DNA of 64,000 nt, from the NCBI GenBank assembly GCA_031962025.1, contig JAVRKW010000001.1; one strand, 5' to 3'. Made by a program: the position numbers and the translations under genes. Below are positions 1-10,653 of this stretch, in pieces. Source of the DNA: Pseudothermotoga sp. (GTDB lineage Bacteria > Thermotogota > Thermotogae > Thermotogales > DSM-5069). The notes beneath the pieces are model-generated. The model was given only the letters and a program-made list of their open reading frames with translations. It made no database searches and had not been told where the DNA came from. How positions within the stretch are numbered: the stretch's first letter is position 1; each line of letters starts with the position of its first letter.

Positions 1-449
1 ATTGAACCACCCATCAAAACAATCGAATTTATTCGTTTAATCAAATGCGGATAACGGATCATGAAAAGTGCGATATTGGTCAAAGGTCCCGTCGGAACCA
101 AGATGATGTCTGAATATTTTTCCAGCATTTGGGCTATGAAATCAACGGCGTGAATTTTTTCAATAGGACGTTTTGCCGCAGGAAGCTGTGCACCTTCAAG
201 CCCCGATTTGCCATGTATGTCCGGTGCCACAACGATATCTCTGAAAAGCGGTCTGCCACATCCGGCAAAGACAGGAACATCTATATCAAAAAGATCTAAA
301 ATTGTTCGTGCATTTTTTGATGTGTTTTCCAGATAGGAATTTCCCACAACAGTCGTTACACCGAGTAGCTCAATCTCTTTGCAAGCCGCAGCCAGTAAAA
401 TGGCAAAAGCATCGTCATGGCCAGGATCACAATCAAGGATAACACGCAT
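1..449 (-). CDS. Nucleoside hydrolase (IunH/RihA family), runs off the window start
   Basis: Manual translation from ATG 449: MRVILDCDPGHDDAFAILLAA...VTTVVGN...HGKSGL...PTGPLTNIAL, with the DxDPGxDD motif; GAGGTG RBS upstream. Not in the ORF track. Confidence 0.9.
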   Translation of the reverse strand, partial: MRVILDCDPGHDDAFAILLAAACKEIELLGVTTVVGNSYLENTSKNARTILDLFDIDVPVFAGCGRPLFRDIVVAPDIHGKSGLEGAQLPAAKRPIEKIHAVDFIAQMLEKYSDIILVPTGPLTNIALFMIRYPHLIKRINSIVLMGGS

Positions 450-547
450 AGTAACACCTCACTCTTTTTTGCAGCGTTTTCTTTGAAATTCTACCATAGT
501 GGTTGTCCAAATTGTGTTTCAAATTGGAACAATCCAACCTGATTTAG

Positions 548-3076
548 TTACTTGAAGACAATCTTTATTTTGTAATTATCGATCAACGGTCTTGCTGAAT
601 CGATATAGACTTTCCTACCAGTGAGTCTAACCTCAGTGGTTTCTTTGTTTGAAGCAGGTTCAAAATCCATTTGATCAAAACAACCTTTTACCTCATAAAC
701 GGCTGAGTCTACTTTTGACAGGTCATGATATGCCTCGATCGATCCATCCGGTTTCAAAATACAAACATATTCTCCATCAGACAAATTACCCTTTATTCGT
801 GTTATCGTCTTGCCATCGCTGACAAAATTGGAATCAGCCAGTACCGCTACCGGTAATATTCTTGCACTTGTGAAAACTTCGCTCACAGGAGCAAATGTAC
901 TGCTCAAAGAAACCTGCAAAGGCGTCAGGGGAAAACCATAGGCTTGCTCTTCAAGTGCCGCGATGTCTTTTTGGTTTAATTTTATAGGTTTTTCCTCACG
1001 GTGTGTTCCAAAGATCGATGATATTTCAATTAAGGTTGGATCGTATCCTTTCTGGTACGCATTGAAGGCTTTTATCGATTCTTCACGACTGGAATATATA
1101 CAATCAAAAGCCCCCGCGAATACCAGTTTCTGTAGAGTCAAAGTAGGTACAGGAACCTTTCTTGCAAAATCATCGATACTTGAAAAGGGACCTTTAAGAG
1201 TACACGCATCGGCGATAGAGTTGCTCACACCTGTTATTACTTGAATCGGTAGCTGAAATTCATTTTCCTGTAATTCAATCGGGTTGACCGAAGGACATCT
1301 TATTCGAAAGCCAAGTGAACGAAGTTCCTGGACTGAGAGAAAGATTTTGTCTTTGTCGTTGAAGTGTTCTTTGAGATAATGTGTGAAAAATTCTTTTGGA
1401 AAATGGTGTTTTATATAAGCAAGTTCATAACTTATATGCGCGTAGGCAATGCTGTGAGATCTGTTAAAACCATAAGATGAGAACCTGAGTATAGTTTCTA
1501 TAAGTTGTTCTATCACAGATTTATCGTATCCTCTGCTCATTGCTTTGTACCTGAACTGTTCTGCAGCATCTTTCATGGCGATCGCATCTTTCTGCGAGAT
1601 AGCACTTCTGAAAAGATCTGATTCATCAGGTGTCATTCCAGCCAGCTCCACGGCGATTTTCATCAACTGTTCCTGGTATATCATCACACCAAAGGTTTCT
1701 TTAAAAAACTGACTGGATTCACCACAGCCACGTTTTCTCTCAGAATAAAGTTCATTCAGTTTGGCGAGTAATGGTCCAGGTCTGTTCATCGCAAGCAGAT
1801 CTGAAAGCTCTTCGATGTTCTGTGGTCTGATCTGCCTACATAGGCTTCGCACCGATAAACGTTCCAACTGAAAAATGCCATGTGTCCTGCCAGTCGAGAT
1901 GTCTCTATAAGCCGAAGAATCATCGATCGGAATCTGTTTGAGACCGATGGACTTTTTCAGTTTACATAAAAGTGATAGAGTCGCCAGACCCAAAACATCT
2001 ATTTTCGTGACACCAATCCTATCAAGAGAATCCATATCGTACTCGAGTAAAGCGGGTTTTGTGCCTGGCACGACAGGTAAACACATACTGGAATCTGCTA
2101 TGACAATACCGGCTGCGTGCGTGCTCCTGTGAAAGGGTAATTTGCTGATTAGATCGATTATCTTTGGTGATATCTTTATCCCCAGCCTTTTCGATTCATT
2201 TTGCAGAGATTTTAAAGATAGCGTTGAAAATGTAGAAATTTGAGCTACAAAGGCAAATTCCTGGGCAAGTTTTTCGATTAAAAGAGCACGTTTTTCATCC
2301 TCGACATCTATGTCTATATCTGGCATCTTTTGACGGTATTCATTCAAGAATCTTTCAAACAACAGATTGTATCTCAGTGGATCGATCTTCGTGATTCCCA
2401 GTATATAGGAAACGACAGATCCCACTGCACTGCCACGACCAGGACCAACACAGATATCCAAGGATTTTGCAATGTCGACGATTTTTTTCACCGTGTAAAA
2501 ATATGGCTCAAAATTCAGTTTTTCGATTACCTGTAGTTCTTTTTCAAACCTCTCTTTGTATCTGGGTTCTATTTTGTCCAGAAAACTTCTTAACCAGAAT
2601 TTCTGTGGTTGGGGGAATTTCATGTTTACATGTAAATCGTACATCTCACAGCCAAGTGATGTGGCTACATCTTCAAACTTTCCTTCAAAGGATGCCTGCG
2701 GATTGCTTTTAACTGAAAGCAGTTGACACATTATTTCATGGGCATCGCATTGAGAGTTTTCAAGGTAGTAAATCAACTTCACGGAATTAACAGGCAACCA
2801 GTCGGTTTTTGGTTCTCTTCCTTGGTTGTATGCATTTACGAGTTCATCAAATTCCATGCGATTTTTCGCATAGAAGATCTTTTCCCCTATTCTCAATCCA
2901 TGAACAGGTATCAACCCTTTCTCTCTGCAAATACTGTTGAAAATCACAGCACTGTGAAAATTTTTGTCTGCAATTAGCAGAGATTTCAAGCCAGATTCAC
3001 AAGCTTTCTGGATAACCTGTTCAATTCTCAAAATCGAACCATCAAAAGAATATGGAGTGACAATGGCTGGTATCAT
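548..3076 (-). CDS. dnaE: DNA polymerase III alpha subunit (short, Thermotoga-type)
   Basis: GPGRGSAVGS, LLFERFLN, PDIDID, STHAAG and YGFNRSHS motifs. Confidence 0.95.
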   Translation of the reverse strand: MIPAIVTPYSFDGSILRIEQVIQKACESGLKSLLIADKNFHSAVIFNSICREKGLIPVHGLRIGEKIFYAKNRMEFDELVNAYNQGREPKTDWLPVNSVKLIYYLENSQCDAHEIMCQLLSVKSNPQASFEGKFEDVATSLGCEMYDLHVNMKFPQPQKFWLRSFLDKIEPRYKERFEKELQVIEKLNFEPYFYTVKKIVDIAKSLDICVGPGRGSAVGSVVSYILGITKIDPLRYNLLFERFLNEYRQKMPDIDIDVEDEKRALLIEKLAQEFAFVAQISTFSTLSLKSLQNESKRLGIKISPKIIDLISKLPFHRSTHAAGIVIADSSMCLPVVPGTKPALLEYDMDSLDRIGVTKIDVLGLATLSLLCKLKKSIGLKQIPIDDSSAYRDISTGRTHGIFQLERLSVRSLCRQIRPQNIEELSDLLAMNRPGPLLAKLNELYSERKRGCGESSQFFKETFGVMIYQEQLMKIAVELAGMTPDESDLFRSAISQKDAIAMKDAAEQFRYKAMSRGYDKSVIEQLIETILRFSSYGFNRSHSIAYAHISYELAYIKHHFPKEFFTHYLKEHFNDKDKIFLSVQELRSLGFRIRCPSVNPIELQENEFQLPIQVITGVSNSIADACTLKGPFSSIDDFARKVPVPTLTLQKLVFAGAFDCIYSSREESIKAFNAYQKGYDPTLIEISSIFGTHREEKPIKLNQKDIAALEEQAYGFPLTPLQVSLSSTFAPVSEVFTSARILPVAVLADSNFVSDGKTITRIKGNLSDGEYVCILKPDGSIEAYHDLSKVDSAVYEVKGCFDQMDFEPASNKETTEVRLTGRKVYIDSARPLIDNYKIKIVFK

Positions 3077-3990
3077 GTTATCTTTGCGGCTTGAAAATTC
3101 AACTCAACGATGAGTTTTTTGAAATCATCGGGTACAGGAGCATTGAAACTGAGCCATTCATCAGTCCTTGGATGGTAAAAACCAAGTTTTGCAGCATGTA
3201 ACATCTGACGGGGCGCATCACAGCTACTGCCGTAGAGTTTATCTCCTAAAATCGGATGACCTATGTATTTCATGTGCACTCTTATCTGGTGAGTACGTCC
3301 TGTTTTGGGATAAACTGCCACCAAGGATGCTCTGTCATCGAAGTATTTCAAAACTCTGTAGAATGTTATTGCAGTTCTGCCAGATACATTCACAGCCATC
3401 TTTGTTCTCAGAACCGGGTGGCGTGCTAAGGATACTTTGATCTCTCCCTGTGGTTCATCTATCTTACCTCTAACCAGAGCGAGGTACATCTTGGAAACTT
3501 TCCGATCTTTGAATTGCTGTGAAAGACTTCTATGGGACAGATCGTTTTTCGCAACAACCATGACTCCGGAGGTATCTTTATCCAGCCTGTGAACAATACC
3601 AGGCCTCAATTCCCCGCCAATCCCCTGTAGGTCTTTACAATGATATAGCAATGCGTTTACAAGTGTCCCGCTTGTATGCGAAGGGATAGGGTGAACTATC
3701 ATGCCTGCTGGTTTGTTTATCACTATCAAATCAGAATCCTCGTAAAGTATCTGAAGCTGTATTGGTTCTGGCTCAATTGAGGGAACCACGGCTGGTTCGG
3801 GATCTGGTATGAATATCACATCTTTTATCTTCACTCTGTAACTTGGTTTTTGTGGCTTACCGTTGACTTTTACCTTTCCTTCTTTTATGGCTTTTTGCAC
3901 AAAATTCCTTGAGATTTTTGCGGGGATCTTCTGCAGCAGGAAAAGATCGAGTCTTTGCTCTTGTTCACCCTTGTTCACCTTTATTTCCAA
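3073..3990 (-). CDS. rluD: RluA/RluD family pseudouridine synthase
   Basis: S4 N-terminus; HRLDKDTSG and TGRTHQIRVH motifs. Confidence 0.93.
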   Translation of the reverse strand: MEIKVNKGEQEQRLDLFLLQKIPAKISRNFVQKAIKEGKVKVNGKPQKPSYRVKIKDVIFIPDPEPAVVPSIEPEPIQLQILYEDSDLIVINKPAGMIVHPIPSHTSGTLVNALLYHCKDLQGIGGELRPGIVHRLDKDTSGVMVVAKNDLSHRSLSQQFKDRKVSKMYLALVRGKIDEPQGEIKVSLARHPVLRTKMAVNVSGRTAITFYRVLKYFDDRASLVAVYPKTGRTHQIRVHMKYIGHPILGDKLYGSSCDAPRQMLHAAKLGFYHPRTDEWLSFNAPVPDDFKKLIVELNFQAAKIT

Positions 3991-4408
3991 GACTCTTCTC
4001 CCCCATCAAGAGACTCAAAAATATCAGTATGCCACCGAGTGTGATGAAAAGATCGGCAACGTTGAAAATGGCTGGAAAGTACCTCAGGTTTATGAAATCA
4101 ACAACATAGCCAAACCTGAACCTATCGACGATATTGCCGATTGCTCCACCAACGATCATCTGCAGGCCGATTTTTGTAAGAGCCGAACTTTTTATGAAAT
4201 CAAAAGCCAACGAAAGAAGGAGCGTCACGGCAAGAGTTACCCACAACACCCAAGGCGATCTTGAGAACAGACCGAAAACTATACCGGTGTTTCTGGTGTA
4301 GGTAAACCACAAAACTCCTGGAATGACAAAGAAAGGTTGAAACAAAAACTTTTCTATCAGCATTTTCGAAAACTGATCCATCAAAACGACCAGTGTCACC
4401 CAGAACAC
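3965..4408 (-). CDS. lspA: Lipoprotein signal peptidase II
   Basis: DQxSK, NTGIVFG, GAIGNIVDR, VVDF and FNVAD motifs. Confidence 0.95.
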   Translation of the reverse strand: MFWVTLVVLMDQFSKMLIEKFLFQPFFVIPGVLWFTYTRNTGIVFGLFSRSPWVLWVTLAVTLLLSLAFDFIKSSALTKIGLQMIVGGAIGNIVDRFRFGYVVDFINLRYFPAIFNVADLFITLGGILIFLSLLMGEKSLGNKGEQG

Positions 4409-4409
4409 C

Positions 4410-5225
4410 TTACTTCACCCTCTGATAGAAGAACGGACTGACTATCTTCAGACCTATTTCTGCATAGTCGAAAATTCTCTCCGTGCTCCCGACAAATAAG
4501 ATGCCGCCAAGTCTCAGAGCCTTCACGAAATTCCTGTAAAGCTGGTCTTTTGCAGAGGCTTCAAAGTATATCACCACATTCCTGCAGATTATCAGATCAA
4601 TTGAACTGGGGAAAGGATCCTGAAGCATGTTGTGCTTTTTGAACTCAACTCTTTTCTTTACAAAATCTTTTATCCTGTAAGTACCGTCGAGTAATTCAAA
4701 ATATCTGTCAAGATAGGATTTTGGAGTACTTACCATAGATCTTGCTTCATACAAACCTTCTTTTGCTTCTTCAAGTGCTCTTTCGTCCAGATCTGTTGCG
4801 AGTATCGATGCGCCCAATGGGGCTTTCAGTTCCTCAAGTAAAATAGCCAGAGAATATGGTTCTTCACCGCTTGCACAGCCTGCACTCCACGCTCTGAACC
4901 TTCCTTTACTCACAGAAAGAAGCTCAGGCAAATATCTGTCGCGTAGTTCCCACCACTTTTCCGGGTTTCTGAAAAATTCTGTCACATTTATCGTGAGTTT
5001 GTCGAGAAATTCTTCCTTGGCAGCCGGGTTTGAAAGCAAAAATTTCAAATATTCCTGAAAAGAAGACAGCCTGTATTTTTTTATGAGTATTTCTATTCTG
5101 CGCTTCACTCTGTGGGGTTTGTAGCCCGATAAGTCCAATCCGAAATATCTGTGAACTTCTTTGATAAACCACTGAAAATCCTCCATCGGGAGTTCACCAG
5201 AAAATTGGGAAAGATAGTCCTGCAT
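4410..5225 (-). CDS. cheR: Chemotaxis methyltransferase
   Basis: [22 protein letters not shown] and CRNVVIYF motifs. Confidence 0.95.
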   Translation of the reverse strand: MQDYLSQFSGELPMEDFQWFIKEVHRYFGLDLSGYKPHRVKRRIEILIKKYRLSSFQEYLKFLLSNPAAKEEFLDKLTINVTEFFRNPEKWWELRDRYLPELLSVSKGRFRAWSAGCASGEEPYSLAILLEELKAPLGASILATDLDERALEEAKEGLYEARSMVSTPKSYLDRYFELLDGTYRIKDFVKKRVEFKKHNMLQDPFPSSIDLIICRNVVIYFEASAKDQLYRNFVKALRLGGILFVGSTERIFDYAEIGLKIVSPFFYQRVK

Positions 5226-5961
5226 ACCACCGCTCCTTTTGAAAATGGAATATCAGATAAATCTGATCCATCTTTTTTCTGACGTCGAAAGATTTGTCTG
5301 TCATCAAAATCCATTCATCTTTGTTGAACCAGCCAAATCCTATGTCTGTTTTACCTGCAAGATACTGTCCGAAGAAAAAAAGTCTGTCTAATCCAAGACC
5401 GATTCTAAAGCCCATGTTTGGTATGAAAAAGGCAGAAAATTTATCCAGTGTTAATCCCAATCCATAACCGTAATTGGATGTAAAAGGTTCTATCTGTAAA
5501 CCAGAGAATTTCACAGCAATTCCAAGGTGATAGCCACCAGTACTGTCAACACAGATAGAAAAATATGGAACCTTGAAGAATAAGGAATATTTATCCTGCA
5601 AAACAAATCCCATAGAGCCATTGAACCACCAGAAGCTGAGCGTGTGATTTTGATAATCAAGGTTACTGTAACTCAACCAGCCACTGTATGGTACGACATA
5701 TCTGGCTCCTGCATCGCCAAGGTTCAACGAAAAATATTTCAGATTATCAAATGGTTCATAAATTGGCAAAACTTTCAAATTTGATTCGTCTTCAAGAACT
5801 GCCAAACTGAATCCGAGATCTGCCTGTACACGCCAAAATTCAACGTGCGGAGAAACTGTCACGCCAAACCAATAATAGCTGCCAAGGGCAGTGTCAAAGT
5901 TTACCACGGCAGCTAAAAAATAGACCGGTACTGTCAAATAGAAAAGCAGAAAACCTTTCAT
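5194..5961 (-). CDS. Hypothetical protein, probable exported beta-strand-rich (outer-membrane-like) protein
   Basis: N-terminal hydrophobic signal, alternating Gly/aromatic residues and C-terminal aromatic residue; overlaps both neighbours in operon fashion. Confidence 0.65.
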   Translation of the reverse strand: MKGFLLFYLTVPVYFLAAVVNFDTALGSYYWFGVTVSPHVEFWRVQADLGFSLAVLEDESNLKVLPIYEPFDNLKYFSLNLGDAGARYVVPYSGWLSYSNLDYQNHTLSFWWFNGSMGFVLQDKYSLFFKVPYFSICVDSTGGYHLGIAVKFSGLQIEPFTSNYGYGLGLTLDKFSAFFIPNMGFRIGLGLDRLFFFGQYLAGKTDIGFGWFNKDEWILMTDKSFDVRKKMDQIYLIFHFQKERWYAGLSFPIFW

Positions 5962-6719
5962 TGATTCATTTGTGAAAGTATTGCCTCCATTTCTGCATCG
6001 TCCATTTCAAAGTTTGAATACACATCTTGCACATCGTCCATATCTTCAAGTGCATTCAACAGTGCAAGTACTCTTTCTGCATCCTTTCCAGTAACCTGAA
6101 CGGTATTTTTTGGGATGTAAGATATGCTGGCGTCAACTCTGTAGCCGTTTTTTTCAAGTGCTTCTTTGACCGCCATCATATTCTCGGACGATGTGACTAT
6201 CCTTATCGGATCTTCCTGGTCGCTGATATCCTCTGCACCGGCATCAATTGCCAGCATAACTACCTCTTCGACGTTAGCGACCTGATCGCGCGGCACATTG
6301 ATGATTCCCTTTCTCTCGAAGATCCAGCTTACCGCACCAAGATCGGCAAGGCTTCCACCGTGTCGGCTCAGAATGTGCCTCAATTCCTGCGCAGTTCTGT
6401 TTTTGTTATCGGTCAGGGCGCGTATATACAGTGCCACACCTGCAGGACCGTAAGCCTCGTAGATGATCTCCTGATAATCTACTCCTTCAAGCTCACCTGT
6501 ACCGCGCTTGATAGCCTTTTCGATGTTGTCTTTTGGCATGTTTGCCTCTTTTGCTTTTTCGATTGCCGTCCTCAGCCTTGGATTTGTTTCCGGATCTCCT
6601 CCACCTTCGCGAGCTGCGACGATCAGTTCCCTGATCAGTTTGGTGAACATCTGAGAACGTTTTGCATCTTGAGCCATCTTTCGATGTTTAATATTCGCCC
6701 ATTTGTTGTGACCAGACAT
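5958..6719 (-). CDS. yebC: YebC/PmpR family protein
   Basis: [22 protein letters not shown] and TDNKNRT motifs. Confidence 0.95.
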   Translation of the reverse strand: MSGHNKWANIKHRKMAQDAKRSQMFTKLIRELIVAAREGGGDPETNPRLRTAIEKAKEANMPKDNIEKAIKRGTGELEGVDYQEIIYEAYGPAGVALYIRALTDNKNRTAQELRHILSRHGGSLADLGAVSWIFERKGIINVPRDQVANVEEVVMLAIDAGAEDISDQEDPIRIVTSSENMMAVKEALEKNGYRVDASISYIPKNTVQVTGKDAERVLALLNALEDMDDVQDVYSNFEMDDAEMEAILSQMNQ

Positions 6720-6730
6720 TTTCTTCCCTC

Positions 6731-8095
6731 CTAAGAAGAATTATCTCCAAGATATTTTATCACCGTTATGGTTGTATCGTCATGCCTCGGGCTTTCACCT
6801 GAGAAATTTTCAAGGTCATTTTTCACGCTCTGGAGAATTTGAGCAACATCACAGTGCCTTGACTCAAAAATTCGTTTGCACAATCTTTCAAACCCATATT
6901 CATTACCATGAATATCACGAGCTTCAACGACGCCATCTGTATAAGCAACCAGGATATCTCCCGGCTTCATTTTCAATTCAGATGTGTTGAAATTCGTGTC
7001 TTTCATTATACCAAGCGGTAAATTTTCTGCCTCAAAAGTGCTGATTTTGTCCTGACTCAGCAATAACACCGGATTGTGTCCGGCGTTTACAAGCTGAAGT
7101 GTGCCATCGCAATGTAAGCAGAGTAAAACCATTGTTACAAACCTGTCTTCTTCGAGATCTTCACACAGTACATTGTTAAGCTGTTCGGCAAGCTTTGATA
7201 CACTGTCAACGCTATTAGAAAGTGTTCTCAGAGCACTTCGCAACGAAGTCATCATCAAAGCCGCTGGAATACCCTTTCCAGATACATCTGCCACGGTAAC
7301 AAAAACCCGTTTTTCTCTGATCAGTATGTCGTAATAATCTCCTCCAACCTGAATGGCTGGTACCGTGTCAGCACTTATATCAACGTAACTGAGATTTGGT
7401 AATTTTCTTGGGAAAAGCCTCATTTGTATTTGCCTGGCTATTTCGAGTTGCTCTTTGAGCCTCTGCCTTTCCACTTCTCGTTTTAACCTCATGTACCTTT
7501 CACATATCGAAGACAACTGCTGAGCCGCAGCCTCAAGGATCTTTCTGTCAGCTGCCGTGAACATGTCAGGAGTTCTTTCGATCAGAGTTATTCTTCCCCA
7601 CAGAGATTTACCGCTTTTTATGGGAACAGACAGCAGGTTCCGAACAAAATAATTGTGAGTTGGTTCTATTAAAACGATACTGTCATCATCCATTCTGATC
7701 AGTTGTTTTGCTTTCTGAAAAGTTTCCTTGTCAAGTTCGAAGATTTTCTCGTGTTTTATCTGTCTATCAGCGACATTCAGTTCAATGAGAATACCTGAAA
7801 ATGGTATAGTCTGTCTAAGTAACTCTACAAGTGGTTCAAGACCTTCAGATGGCTCAACCACATTGGTGAAAACGTTATTTAACTCAAAAAGCGTTGAGAT
7901 CTCCTGATAGGTTTTTGATAACTCTTCGATATGTTCTTCAAGTAATTTTGCATATTCTTTGCGATGTTCATTCAGCTCTGACAGTATTTTATCAATAGCT
8001 GTGATTATATCCTTCAAACTTGCCATGCCTTGATATGGCGGCAGGTTCACAGCTTTTGAGATCTTTTCATAAACTTGCTTGATTTCATGTTCCAC
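6731..8095 (-). CDS. GAF + PP2C (SpoIIE/RsbU-type) serine phosphatase
   Basis: VGGDYYD, ADVSGKG, NAGHNP, YTDGVVE and DDTT motifs, preceded by a GAF-like segment. Confidence 0.9.
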   Translation of the reverse strand: MEHEIKQVYEKISKAVNLPPYQGMASLKDIITAIDKILSELNEHRKEYAKLLEEHIEELSKTYQEISTLFELNNVFTNVVEPSEGLEPLVELLRQTIPFSGILIELNVADRQIKHEKIFELDKETFQKAKQLIRMDDDSIVLIEPTHNYFVRNLLSVPIKSGKSLWGRITLIERTPDMFTAADRKILEAAAQQLSSICERYMRLKREVERQRLKEQLEIARQIQMRLFPRKLPNLSYVDISADTVPAIQVGGDYYDILIREKRVFVTVADVSGKGIPAALMMTSLRSALRTLSNSVDSVSKLAEQLNNVLCEDLEEDRFVTMVLLCLHCDGTLQLVNAGHNPVLLLSQDKISTFEAENLPLGIMKDTNFNTSELKMKPGDILVAYTDGVVEARDIHGNEYGFERLCKRIFESRHCDVAQILQSVKNDLENFSGESPRHDDTTITVIKYLGDNSS

Positions 8096-8459
8096 GTTGT
8101 ATCACCCTGCGAACTTCTTCAAGGAGCTTCAGCGGACTGAAAGGCTTGGTGAGAAAACCGTTCGCACCAAGTTCGAGTGCTGTTTTCGGATCATCTTCAC
8201 CGCCTTTTGCAGTCAGCATTATTACGGGAATATGAGAAAGTTCTGGGTCTTTCCGCATACTTCTGAGAACCTCAAAGCCATCAACGTATGGCATCATTAT
8301 GTCAAGTATGACAAGATCCGGTTTGATCTGACGCAATTTCTCAAGGGCTTCTCTCCCGTCTTTTGCTTCATCAACCTGATAACCTTCTCGAGTGAGGTTA
8401 AAGCTCACAATTTTTCTTAGGACTTCTGAATCGTCAACGACTAATACTCTATAGCCCAC
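8085..8459 (-). CDS. Single-domain response regulator (CheY-like receiver)
   Basis: VLVVDD, LDIMMP, MLTAKG and KPF motifs. Confidence 0.9.
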   Translation of the reverse strand: MGYRVLVVDDSEVLRKIVSFNLTREGYQVDEAKDGREALEKLRQIKPDLVILDIMMPYVDGFEVLRSMRKDPELSHIPVIMLTAKGGEDDPKTALELGANGFLTKPFSPLKLLEEVRRVIQRGT

Positions 8460-9079
8460 GCAGATTCCTCCAAAAGCGCCGAGAGTTCTTTCCCATCACA
8501 GATCGCCTCCACACATTGAATTAGTGTGAAGCAATCCTTTTGAATCAGAATTGGTTCGTACAGGTACCGTGAACGAACGAGTTTGTTTCTTTGCTGTATG
8601 TATCTTATCACAACAAATTCACCCTGAAAGTTGAATTCCACGTTTTCAAAAAAATCACTGATCGAACCAGATTTTGATTTCTCAGTTACATGTATTATCT
8701 TATTCGGATCATATCTGGAAAGATCGACACACCTGTGTGGAATGAATATTCTAAATGCATAACCTGTTACAACTTTGTTTGGATTCAAATCAGTCCACCA
8801 GATTCTGTATGGGTACAGTTGATACACGCAGGTTTTTCTGAGTTTTTCTAATGTTTCTTCAGCTTTATACTGCAACTCGATTCTCGCATAAAGTGCGAGA
8901 TTTACAACACCAGTTGGCATTGGGTCTAAGTACGAGATTTTAATTTTTTGATGGAAACCTTTGCTCAGTTCAAAAGGTAACCCGGCGCGACGGATATTTC
9001 TCTCAATCGCATTCGATGTTTCTATTGCCGATAAAAACCTCATAAGACCGTATTTTTTATACTTTACAACCGCGTACAT
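8441..9079 (-). CDS. Radical SAM-linked protein (DUF2344 / TIGR03936-like)
   Basis: KYGLMRFLSA...RRAGLPFELSKGFH..KISY..PMPTG signature. Confidence 0.75.
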   Translation of the reverse strand: MYAVVKYKKYGLMRFLSAIETSNAIERNIRRAGLPFELSKGFHQKIKISYLDPMPTGVVNLALYARIELQYKAEETLEKLRKTCVYQLYPYRIWWTDLNPNKVVTGYAFRIFIPHRCVDLSRYDPNKIIHVTEKSKSGSISDFFENVEFNFQGEFVVIRYIQQRNKLVRSRYLYEPILIQKDCFTLIQCVEAICDGKELSALLEESAWAIEY

Positions 9080-9149
9080 TTTACCTCCTGTGCTCTTGAC
9101 TGGGAAATTATACTATAATTTCTTCAGAATTGAAAAGAGGTGATATTTC

Positions 9150-10649
9150 TTGTATTACAAAGTATCGAGAGATCCCATACATTCGGAGATATTTCTGTAT
9201 CCCTTAGAGATTTTAGCGATTGATACAAGACCTGTGCAGAGATTGAGATATCTTTCCCAGCTTGTCGGTGCAGAACTTGTGTACCCCGGAGCAACACACA
9301 CCAGATTTGCTCATTCGCTCGGCGTTATGCATATCTGTGGTCTTTATGGGATGAGACTTTTTGAAGATCACGCAACCAGAAGGATCGTTCGACTGGCAGG
9401 TTTGCTGCACGATATTGGTCACGGTCCTTTCAGCCACCAGTTCGACGATGTCGTGTACGCGAGAATGGGATTCAAGGATGGTCATGACGAGTACAGAAAA
9501 AGAATTCTACTTGAACTGATGCCATCTGAAATGATGAGATCATACCAGAGAATATCTGATCCCAGGATGAAGAAAGCTGTTGCTGAAGACCTTTCTGAAA
9601 CGCTGAAAATTGATGTCGTCAATGAAGACTCTTTTTTAAGATTGATGTATTTGGTTGATGAAATTTTCAAAGGAGAAGAATCGGGAACAGTTGAGTACAA
9701 TGTCGTTCAGGGACCTCTTGGTGCTGACAGGCTTGATTTTCTTTTGCGTGACTCTTACTACAGTGGGACAACCCATTTTGGAGTAGGAGCTGTGGATAGA
9801 ATCATAAGAAATTCGTTCATCAAAGAAAAAGATGGTCACAGGATTTTATGTTATCATGCCAAAGTTCTGGATCAAATCTATACAAGCCTTTTTGGCAGGT
9901 TCATGATGTACAAAAATGTGTATTTTCACAAGACCTCAAGAGCAGCAGATTTGATGATTCAGCAAATGCTTTCTTTGATCTACAAACCACTCAAACTCTC
10001 TGAGAAAGTGAACGATCTTCAAAAGTTCCTTGACTTAACAGATCAATTCATCTTTGCACAGATAAAACTGGAGTTTGAAAATATATTGCAGAGATATAAT
10101 GCAAATGAAGAAGATCTTTTAAGCGGGAAAATCGATTTAGAAGAAGACGAATATTATTTGATAGAAGCCTACAAACTGCTGAGGCGTTTTGAAAAGAGAG
10201 ATTTGTGGAAACTGATTGCTGAGATCACTTTTTCGGCTGTGGGTATCGATCCGTCGATTATGAGTAAAGGTGTTGTAGCAGATACACTTCAAAAGATCAG
10301 ATTGAAGTTAGAAAACCTGTTGCAGTCCTCACAGATTCCAGAAGAGGACAGAAAAGAACTGAGAAGGATTCTGGACGATTTTGAAGAGATCTTTAAGACA
10401 GACACGCCGTACAAACTTTCACTCGTGCATCCAGATGAATTTCTCAAGAGCAATGTTTATCTGTATGATCCTTCGAAGGATGAGGTTTTCTCCCTGGATG
10501 AATTTCTCAAAGAATATCCAGCTTATCGATTAATGGCTAACAATCTGGTTCAGATAGTGAGAGTTTATGTAACTGAAGATGTTCGCCAGATTCTCAAAAA
10601 GTATGGCATTGTGCCTAAAACAGGAATGGAGTTGACAACAAGGTGGTGA
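9150..10649 (+). CDS. HD-domain phosphohydrolase (dGTPase/SAMHD1-like)
   Basis: RDPIH, QRLRYLSQL, HTRFAHSLG, LHDIGHGPFSH, ADRLDFLLRD and VYFHKT motifs. Confidence 0.9.
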   Translation: MYYKVSRDPIHSEIFLYPLEILAIDTRPVQRLRYLSQLVGAELVYPGATHTRFAHSLGVMHICGLYGMRLFEDHATRRIVRLAGLLHDIGHGPFSHQFDDVVYARMGFKDGHDEYRKRILLELMPSEMMRSYQRISDPRMKKAVAEDLSETLKIDVVNEDSFLRLMYLVDEIFKGEESGTVEYNVVQGPLGADRLDFLLRDSYYSGTTHFGVGAVDRIIRNSFIKEKDGHRILCYHAKVLDQIYTSLFGRFMMYKNVYFHKTSRAADLMIQQMLSLIYKPLKLSEKVNDLQKFLDLTDQFIFAQIKLEFENILQRYNANEEDLLSGKIDLEEDEYYLIEAYKLLRRFEKRDLWKLIAEITFSAVGIDPSIMSKGVVADTLQKIRLKLENLLQSSQIPEEDRKELRRILDDFEEIFKTDTPYKLSLVHPDEFLKSNVYLYDPSKDEVFSLDEFLKEYPAYRLMANNLVQIVRVYVTEDVRQILKKYGIVPKTGMELTTRW

Positions 10650-10653
10650 AATA

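Noticed and set aside
6027..6734. 235-aa antisense ORF over yebC, and the many other short shadow ORFs in the track
   Set aside because: They lie opposite or within well-supported genes and show no recognisable motifs.
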